In this document: positions 57,643 through 64,000 of the stretch, one piece after another
Layout: the number at the start of each line of letters is the position of its first letter
Numbering within the stretch: the stretch's first letter is position 1
From: an uncultured Alphaproteobacteria bacterium
Lineage (GTDB): Bacteria; Pseudomonadota; Alphaproteobacteria; RF32; CAG-239
Reading direction: 5' to 3'
Assembly (NCBI GenBank): GCA_944392295.1
Contig: CALXWE010000003.1
Span: forward strand, 83,502-147,501
DNA length: 64,000 nt
Notes under the pieces: generated by a model
Told to the model about the DNA's origin: nothing
Databases searched by the model: none
Seen by the model: only the letters and a program-made list of their open reading frames with translations
Translations under genes and position numbers: made by a program

Positions 57643-58293
57643 ATGATTTATGGATATATAAGAGTCAGTACAGACAAACAAACACTTGAAAACCAAAAAT
57701 TTGAAATCCAGAATTTTTGCAGACGAGAACGCTTACAAATAGATGATTGGATAGAAGAAACCATATCTGGAACGAAAGCATATAATAAAAGAGAGTTGGG
57801 AAAATTATTACACCACATTAAGAAAAATGATCTTATAATCTGTGCTGAATTATCTAGATTGGGACGCAATTTATTCATGATCATGGAAATCTTAAATATA
57901 TGCATGCGAAAAGAATGTCGGGTATGGACTATAAAAGATAATTATAGATTAGGAGACGATATTCAATCGAAAGTACTAGCATTTGCTTTTGGTTTATCAG
58001 CTGAAATTGAAAGAAATTTAATATCTCAAAGAACAAAAGAAGCTTTGGCTAGACTAAGATCTGAAGGAAAAAACATAGGTAGGATCAAAGGAACTAGGAA
58101 TAAGGAATATAATAAAAAATGCACTAAAAAACATGATATTATACTGCAATTACTTGATATTGGTGTATCTGTACCTCAGATAGCAAAGGAAATACATGTT
58201 GCAAAAGGTACTCTGTATCGTTATCTTGCCTACACTGGTATTAAGCTTCCTACTTGTAATACCAGTAAACGATGGGAACGTGGAATATATTAG
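57643..58293 (+). CDS. Serine recombinase (resolvase/invertase family)
   Basis: Start set to ATG 57643 (AGGAGA RBS). MIYGYIRVSTDKQTLENQ... with the catalytic Ser in YIRVST. ...LSRLGRN... and a C-terminal HTH (...IAKEIHVAKGTLYRYL). Confidence 0.9.
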   Translation: MIYGYIRVSTDKQTLENQKFEIQNFCRRERLQIDDWIEETISGTKAYNKRELGKLLHHIKKNDLIICAELSRLGRNLFMIMEILNICMRKECRVWTIKDNYRLGDDIQSKVLAFAFGLSAEIERNLISQRTKEALARLRSEGKNIGRIKGTRNKEYNKKCTKKHDIILQLLDIGVSVPQIAKEIHVAKGTLYRYLAYTGIKLPTCNTSKRWERGIY

Positions 58294-58304
58294 TCCTGAA
58301 ATAG

Positions 58305-58322
58305 CGTCCATTTTTTGAAGAC
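58305..58322. repeat. Inverted repeat A, left copy (18 bp, encodes VHFLKT)
   Basis: cgtccattttttgaagac is the exact reverse complement of 59189-59206. Confidence 0.95.
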
Positions 58323-58358
58323 AGATCCTAAAGCACGTTACCAAGGATATTCGTTCTT

Positions 58359-58381
58359 TTTTAGGGAGGGTTTTTGTTGGA
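58359..58381. repeat. Inverted repeat B, left copy (23 bp, encodes FREGFCW)
   Basis: ttttagggagggtttttgttgga is the exact reverse complement of 59112-59134. An imperfect extension reaches ~34 bp (58353-58386). Confidence 0.95.
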
Positions 58382-58731
58382 ATAATGTTCTTAATCCAAA
58401 TGCAAGATTATTAAAAACCAAATTAAAACTACCTACAGTTAACGATGTCGGTTCAATGTCTTTAATGTCAACAATTCCCAATATCCCAAATTACTACTTT
58501 GTTATCTTACTTAATTCAAATTTATTATTTGATTACTATAGAGAGTTCATCAATTGCACTGTAAATATACAGATCAATGACATCCGCCAATTACCGATAG
58601 TTATTCCATCAGAAGAGCAATTAAGTGAATATAACATGCTCTTTCAAAGCATTTTGCACTTAAAACAACAAAATGCTCCAGACACAGACATATCAAAAAT
58701 AGAATATAAATTAGATCAAACGGTTTTAAAA

Positions 58732-61700
58732 TTATACCAAATATAGTTTTTGTACGGCTTGATTTAATTGCGCTTGTACCTCTGATAGAAGTTTTTCGGC
58801 TGTTTCATAATTAATTTTATGGTTGAAAAATTTCTTTTTAATATCCACGGCTTTATTAAAGATATTGTGAAAATATTCTAATTGTTCGTTAGATGGAATG
58901 ATGATTGGTAATTGTCTAGCATCGTTAATCTGAAAAGTTTGCGTGTTATTAATAAAATCATCAACATATTCACTTATAAAACTAGAATTTATAAGTGATA
59001 CAATATAGTATTCTGGTGCCAACCTAGATATTCCGTACATACTCATACTTTTTACATCGTTGATGCTTTTATCCTTTTTACGGCATTTAAGATATGTTGT
59101 ATTTATATCACTCCAACAAAAACCCTCCCTAAAATTGAACTGAGGATTCCTGACAACAGGCATACCAGCCCCTTTTTTACCAGAGTTAGTCTTCAAAAAA
59201 TGGACGTTTTCTTTAGACCATGCAATTGCAAAAGGTGTCTCCAAATACCACCTGTTACCATCTTTGTCTCCTTTGTCATATGGTACATAGTATTTTTTAG
59301 AAACATCAATTCCATTTTCTTTTTCATCTTCTGTTAATTCATCAACATTGGCTATTTCGTCATCATCAATTAATCTGTATATATAGCCTTGTCCGAAAAT
59401 ATCTCTTCCATATTTTTCTTTAAGATGATCAAAGAGTTCAATTATTTCATTTTCAGATGAATTATCTATATATTCTGATGGAGACATATATTTTAATTCT
59501 GCACTTGGTATATGGTACTTTTTAACAGCTTCTTCCAATTTTTTAGGACGAGACTGTATAATATTGATTGCCCATTTAGTTGATTTTCTAACAGCTATAT
59601 ATTTACCATTATTTGCAGTTGCTAAACCCTGACCTCCTTCTGTTAGACAACCAAGTAAAGCAATATCCCCAGGTTGTAAGCTATTTCTGTATTTAGTTAA
59701 TTCTTCTTGATTCTGCGATATTTTTTTACTGGTTTCAATTTTACTCCACCAAGTATCGTATAATTTCTTAACTTTTTCTCCGTATTTCTCATATATGCGA
59801 AGATTAAGGTCTGTGGGTTTAAAAATAACAGCGTTTTGTGTATTAAGATAGATATTTTGTGCTATTTGATACATTTCAGGACGTTCTAGGTCTTGTGTTC
59901 CGTCCAGAAAATCTATCTTATGTTTTTCTCCCATTTTATAAGCTTCATCATACATAAATTGAGCAGCTTTATTACATCTATGGTTAGTCCAATTATTAAT
60001 GATGATCTTCTGAATTTTACTATCAAAAGATTTTATATTATTTTGTATTGATGTAACGCAAGTATCAACCATTGCTGCTTCAAAAGGATTTGCTGTATCA
60101 AATATAAAATTTATTTTTTGAGATAGAAGCAAATTTCTTAAATTTCTTTTTGTTTGTGTTGTCCAAAAGGTTTTCGGAGTAATATATGTTAGAATGCCGT
60201 TGTTATTAAGTGACGAATATCCCTTGAAGAAAAATAAGTTATAAGTATCATCTGAAAAACCAAATTCTTTTTCATACAAAACTTTATCGTTTGCAGCCAC
60301 TCCTTTAGTTGATATATATGGAGGATTACCTATAACAATATCAAAACCTCCATTCATAAAAACATCTGCAAAGAACAACTTCCATGGAAAAAAGTTACGA
60401 TGTTTGTTATTCTGAGCAAAATCACGAATAGTTTGTTCTGCTTTATCCCATTGTATACCTCCTTGTTTGGCTTTTTCTTCTACTTTGCTTTTGACCAGAT
60501 TAACAATTTCTTGTTCAATTTTATTACGTATCTCTTGTTTTTCAGTATCGTGAGAAACTTTTATATATTGATACATCAGATTGTTAATGTTGGTTATAAT
60601 ATTGTCCGACTGAGTACCAAAATAATCAAAATCTAACTGAACATTCGTTGGTTTATAATCTTCTACAATTTCATCAAAGTCAATTCCTTCATAGCTCGTA
60701 ATCAAAGAATTACCTTGCATAACTTTGTAATCAAGGTTAGGCAATGGCTTGATGTTAGATACATCTTCTTCATCAACAATCAAAGAAAGCCAAAATCTCA
60801 ACTTTGCAATTTCCACCGCACCATCATCTAAATCCACACCATACAAATTGTTTTCAATGATTTCACGTTTGATTTGATATGCTGTTTTATTTTCAACTCC
60901 CAGTGCCAAACGGGCACGTACAATTTCATTCATCATACCGACAGGAAATGCACCTGAACCAATGGCTGGATCGCAGATTTTAACATCTTTAAGAGCTTGA
61001 TTGATTTTGACTGCGTTTTCTTTAATAGAAGACGGCAAATCTTCATTTATACCACGATTTGAATTGGTATATGTCGATTCACCTAACTTGATAAATGTGC
61101 TAATATCTTCTTTTGATACGATTTCTTCAAATTTTTCCAACTTTAAATCTGTTTGTTTTACTTTTTTCTTAGCAAACAATACATCTTGCTTGGCTTCAGA
61201 TGGAGTTAGTTTTTGTGTATTTACGGCATTATAAAGGTAGTTAATCAAAGACTCCTGACACATATAGTGAACGATTTCACGAGGTGTATAAAAAGCACCA
61301 TTTCCTTTACGTTCGTTTTCAGGAAGTAGGTTTTCAAATACTTTACCTAGCATTTCAGGATCAATAGCCACTTCTTTTTCAAGTGGTTCATCCTCTTTTA
61401 CGGTAAAGTTATATAGGTCAAACACATCAAAAATTTCTTTGAAGACTGCATTATCAATTGTTAAGTCTGTTTGAGCGTAACCATAACCATTGATAGGTTC
61501 AAACAAACCACCATTAAGGAATGGAATACGGCAATTCAATGGAGCAAAATTATCATTTTCATTTCCACGGTCACGTGCCAAAGCCCTGTAAAACAAAGGC
61601 TCTAGGATATCATTAAAGAAATTATCATATTTAACATATTTTTTATCAAACAAATTACGCAAAAAGCGTTTATCACCAGAACCCCATGTTTTTCCTGTTT

Positions 61701-62499
61701 CTACACCCAACCATCCTTTTTTCTGCACAAAATAAAGAAAAACCAGCTGTCCTAAGGTTTTCTTTGCAAAGTCATCAATATTGATGTCATGTTCATTAAA
61801 GTCGTTGTGTATCTTTTTGTCATAGTTATAAATTCTTTTAAGCTCATCACGCAAGCGAATGTATAATTTTTTATACTCATAGAAGAATTCTTTGGATACC
61901 TTCTCAATATCAAAAGCTTCAACAAGATCTTCCAATGTTATCTGTTTACCACTACTGGCTTTACTGAGACAGTTAAATAATTGTTTTTGTGCTGTATGTA
62001 TATATTCATTTTCACCTACCAAAAATGAAAAACGTTTTGCAGGTGTTAATTCTTTTTCTATGATACGCTTTTGTTTCCCATTCTCTAGTGTGATTATTTG
62101 ACTTTTATAATCCATTTTAACAAAAGAAAATCGCCAATCTTTTGTATCTTCAGAAATAAAAGCAACTAACGCAGCATCTCGTTTTATATCACCAAACGCA
62201 CCATTTAAGTAACGTGCCACAAAATTACGTTGCATAGCACGTGCATGTTCAATACTGTTGTTTCTTTTAAGTTTTACTTCCAAAACATCGATAATCTTCT
62301 CAAAACCATCATTATAAACGTATTTGCCAACCCTGTAATAACTCTGAATGTAATCCTTGAATTGTGTAGGAATTTGAACATGAGTTGTCCCTCGCTCTTG
62401 AATTCCTGTCAAAAGTTCTCTGGTAAAACGTGTGAACTTATCTCGATTGTAGGCTTGTCCAAATGTTTCTCTGATTATTGTTTCGTTTAGATTACTCAT
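58732..62499 (-). CDS. Eco57I/COG1002-type (PglX/DrmMI-like) N6-adenine DNA methyltransferase, 1255 aa
   Basis: ...GAFYTPREIVHYM..., motif I ...ICDPAIGSGAFPV..., motif IV ...IVIGNPPYIS.... The N-terminal region ...AMQRNFVARYL...AALVAF...WRFSFVK... is typical of this family. The start lies 4 nt after the helicase stop. Confidence 0.88.
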   Translation of the reverse strand: MSNLNETIIRETFGQAYNRDKFTRFTRELLTGIQERGTTHVQIPTQFKDYIQSYYRVGKYVYNDGFEKIIDVLEVKLKRNNSIEHARAMQRNFVARYLNGAFGDIKRDAALVAFISEDTKDWRFSFVKMDYKSQIITLENGKQKRIIEKELTPAKRFSFLVGENEYIHTAQKQLFNCLSKASSGKQITLEDLVEAFDIEKVSKEFFYEYKKLYIRLRDELKRIYNYDKKIHNDFNEHDINIDDFAKKTLGQLVFLYFVQKKGWLGVETGKTWGSGDKRFLRNLFDKKYVKYDNFFNDILEPLFYRALARDRGNENDNFAPLNCRIPFLNGGLFEPINGYGYAQTDLTIDNAVFKEIFDVFDLYNFTVKEDEPLEKEVAIDPEMLGKVFENLLPENERKGNGAFYTPREIVHYMCQESLINYLYNAVNTQKLTPSEAKQDVLFAKKKVKQTDLKLEKFEEIVSKEDISTFIKLGESTYTNSNRGINEDLPSSIKENAVKINQALKDVKICDPAIGSGAFPVGMMNEIVRARLALGVENKTAYQIKREIIENNLYGVDLDDGAVEIAKLRFWLSLIVDEEDVSNIKPLPNLDYKVMQGNSLITSYEGIDFDEIVEDYKPTNVQLDFDYFGTQSDNIITNINNLMYQYIKVSHDTEKQEIRNKIEQEIVNLVKSKVEEKAKQGGIQWDKAEQTIRDFAQNNKHRNFFPWKLFFADVFMNGGFDIVIGNPPYISTKGVAANDKVLYEKEFGFSDDTYNLFFFKGYSSLNNNGILTYITPKTFWTTQTKRNLRNLLLSQKINFIFDTANPFEAAMVDTCVTSIQNNIKSFDSKIQKIIINNWTNHRCNKAAQFMYDEAYKMGEKHKIDFLDGTQDLERPEMYQIAQNIYLNTQNAVIFKPTDLNLRIYEKYGEKVKKLYDTWWSKIETSKKISQNQEELTKYRNSLQPGDIALLGCLTEGGQGLATANNGKYIAVRKSTKWAINIIQSRPKKLEEAVKKYHIPSAELKYMSPSEYIDNSSENEIIELFDHLKEKYGRDIFGQGYIYRLIDDDEIANVDELTEDEKENGIDVSKKYYVPYDKGDKDGNRWYLETPFAIAWSKENVHFLKTNSGKKGAGMPVVRNPQFNFREGFCWSDINTTYLKCRKKDKSINDVKSMSMYGISRLAPEYYIVSLINSSFISEYVDDFINNTQTFQINDARQLPIIIPSNEQLEYFHNIFNKAVDIKKKFFNHKINYETAEKLLSEVQAQLNQAVQKLYLV
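59112..59134. repeat. Inverted repeat B, right copy (inside the active methyltransferase gene)
   Basis: tccaacaaaaaccctccctaaaa is the reverse complement of 58359-58381. Confidence 0.95.
59189..59206. repeat. Inverted repeat A, right copy (inside the active methyltransferase gene)
   Basis: gtcttcaaaaaatggacg is the reverse complement of 58305-58322. Confidence 0.95.
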
Positions 62500-62502
62500 A
62501 TT

Positions 62503-64000
62503 TTAGTCCTTTGCGTATAAAAATTCAGATAATACAATGATTTTCTTGGTATGTTCGAGTTTCTGCGCTGTTTCATCCGATTCTAAATAGATGTCGGATA
62601 CTTCAGATCGGATTTTATTAAGGATTTTCAAATTATCAAACTCTTTATTCATAAAATCTGATATTTTCTTGCTTATAGCATGTGGAATAATGCCACTGTT
62701 GTATGATTGTAAAAGTTTTTGGATATATTCAATATCACTCTCTGTGTATCTTTTTTCTTCACGAAGTGCTGCACGTAAATATTCCATCACTTTTCTGTGA
62801 TTCGAGCGTCCACGGGTTGTTGTAACCATTTCACTGTCATCTGCCAGTGGAGTATCAAATAATTGTTTATTTTGTTTCAAATACTCAAAATAATCATGAG
62901 GTAATGCTTTTTGAACTTCATTTTTATTGCATTCAAAGTATTTTATAGCTTCATCAAAAGAAATTTCCATTGATTGTAAACCCTGGGTAATACAAAACTT
63001 CTTCAATTTACCTTTGCGGAAAAATGTTATCAAGCTATCATTGTTGATTTTTGAAGCAACTTTTGCAGTACGGATCTTTTTAGGTAAATCCACAATTGAC
63101 TTAAATAGATTTGGTTCTTTATCTCTAACATCACGGATAACAGCTAAATATTTTAATTCAGGACTCTCTTCAGTATCTTCAAACATCCCTTTGTTTGTTA
63201 AATTCTCGTATATCTGTTCACCACGTAAGTTAAATGATCCAACTTCTTCTGTATCACTCAAGTATTTTGCGTCTTCTCCTAAAGCATCATGGAAGGCTTG
63301 TAACTTGGATATGATGTTTGCTTTCAATGATATTTCTTTTTCAGCTTTTGCTGTTGGGAAGAAGTTATAGATATATATTTTGCTGTGTTCTGTACCAATA
63401 CGGTTTACACGACCAACTCTCTGTAATACTCTTGTTGGGTTCCATGGTAAGTCATAATTAACTACAATATTCGAACGATGCAAGTTGATACCTTCAGCCA
63501 AAACATCTGTTGTTATCAAAATTCTTATGTTATCAGATGGCAATTTGTTGTTAGGATCAAAATTCTCTTTGATCATTTCCTTTATGGTATTACTCTTTGC
63601 TGCCGAATAGAAAAGGACTTTGTTAGGATATAAGGCATTCAGATCTTTATATAAATCATCACCAGTTTCAGCAGATTCTGTAAAAATAATCAATTTACTA
63701 TTCTTCAGCTGCTTATCAGTCTTCAATTGCTGAATAAATTCTTCCTTCTTTACATCTTTAGGAATATTACACCATGATGAGTATATTTCTTTTAACAAAT
63801 CCAAATCAGAGTACAAATCCTCAATGAATTCTTCCTGGAACTCTTCCTTTGTATATTTTTCCACATTTTTCTCAGAACTATCAAGTAATTTATCCAGTTC
63901 TTCAGTATTATCATTGTCCAAATAGTCAAAGACATTAACATCTTTACTTATATAAATTATACCAGAATTATACATATCAATATACTTTTGGTATGATTCT
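62503..64000 (-). CDS. SNF2-family helicase, C-terminal part (the frame stays open to the window edge; the N-terminus lies beyond 64000)
   Basis: Helicase-C motifs ...LIIFTES... (IV), ...ILITTDVLAEGINL... (V), ...NPTRVLQRVGRVNRIG (VI). Codons upstream of the track's ATG (ESYQKYID) carry no stop. Confidence 0.88.
   Translation of the reverse strand, partial: ESYQKYIDMYNSGIIYISKDVNVFDYLDNDNTEELDKLLDSSEKNVEKYTKEEFQEEFIEDLYSDLDLLKEIYSSWCNIPKDVKKEEFIQQLKTDKQLKNSKLIIFTESAETGDDLYKDLNALYPNKVLFYSAAKSNTIKEMIKENFDPNNKLPSDNIRILITTDVLAEGINLHRSNIVVNYDLPWNPTRVLQRVGRVNRIGTEHSKIYIYNFFPTAKAEKEISLKANIISKLQAFHDALGEDAKYLSDTEEVGSFNLRGEQIYENLTNKGMFEDTEESPELKYLAVIRDVRDKEPNLFKSIVDLPKKIRTAKVASKINNDSLITFFRKGKLKKFCITQGLQSMEISFDEAIKYFECNKNEVQKALPHDYFEYLKQNKQLFDTPLADDSEMVTTTRGRSNHRKVMEYLRAALREEKRYTESDIEYIQKLLQSYNSGIIPHAISKKISDFMNKEFDNLKILNKIRSEVSDIYLESDETAQKLEHTKKIIVLSEFLYAKD

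Larger units (their letters stand above)
58300..58746 (+). other. Start-less alternative C-terminal cassette of the methyltransferase (silent copy, opposite strand)
   Basis: The frame opens right after a TGA at 58297-58299. It encodes NSVHFLKTDPKARYQGYSFFFREGFCWNNVLNPN...QINDIRQLPIVIPSEEQL...LKLYQI, collinear with the last ~150 aa of ORF 58732..62499. It has no ATG or RBS of its own. Confidence 0.8.
47908..64000. mobile_element. AT-rich accessory island(s) downstream of tRNA-Gln; no integrase in the window and the right end is not reached
   Basis: Starts at a tRNA 3' end, with a partial tRNA-3'-end copy at ~49.81 kb. Spot counts give ~28% GC at 50.2 kb against ~43% at 13.0 kb. The content is ankyrin, orphan, recombinase and helicase/methylase genes. 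Confidence 0.55.

Noticed and set aside
58732-64000. Calling the helicase-methylase pair a DISARM (class 1) or BREX system
   Set aside because: The obligatory partners (DrmA/DrmB/DrmC, or BrxA/B/C, PglZ, BrxL) are not visible in the window. Only family-level similarity of two genes is supported.

Overview
The window looks like a chromosomal segment of a low-GC, probably host-associated Alphaproteobacterium. The evidence is LpxI next to LpxB, a circularly permuted two-piece tmRNA with tag ANDNFAPVAVAA, an alpha-type SspB ending in SFRKK, a DUF1058-type SH3 protein and an HU protein. All calls come from reading the sequence and ORF track by eye; no searches were run.

Positions 1 to about 47.9 kb are mostly housekeeping genes: comEC, lpxB/lpxI, cca, ldh, uppP, xseA, xseB-ispA, tag, greA, hupB, trkH, metG, pit and a dsbA-like gene. 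There are five tRNAs in the window (Leu-CAG, Arg-CCU, Arg-UCU, Val-UAC, Gln-UUG), and many hairpin terminators. Several orphan genes are interspersed:
- a 1045-aa protein with about 10 HEAT-like repeats and a GNAT-like C-terminus
- a 413-aa tandem GNAT-like protein
- a CAT-fold protein without the catalytic His
- a 52-aa MGCGCGS... peptide

Downstream of tRNA-Gln (47.9 kb to the window end) the sequence becomes visibly more AT-rich and accessory. It holds a 13-repeat ankyrin protein bracketed by a duplicated tRNA-3'-end/terminator/hairpin module, a stand-alone 1233-aa orphan protein, and an SNF2-helicase plus Eco57I/PglX-type N6-adenine methyltransferase operon.

The most interesting structure is at 58.3-59.2 kb. 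A start-less alternative copy of the methyltransferase C-terminus lies tail-to-tail with the active gene. The two copies share exact 18-bp and 23-bp in-frame inverted repeats. A serine recombinase gene ends 11 nt before the first repeat. This looks like an invertible cassette switch.

A truncated SNF2 N-terminal fragment at 54.1-55.3 kb and this silent cassette together look like a gutted second helicase-methylase operon around a 3-kb recombinase cassette. I saw no rRNA, CRISPR array, transposase or integrase.
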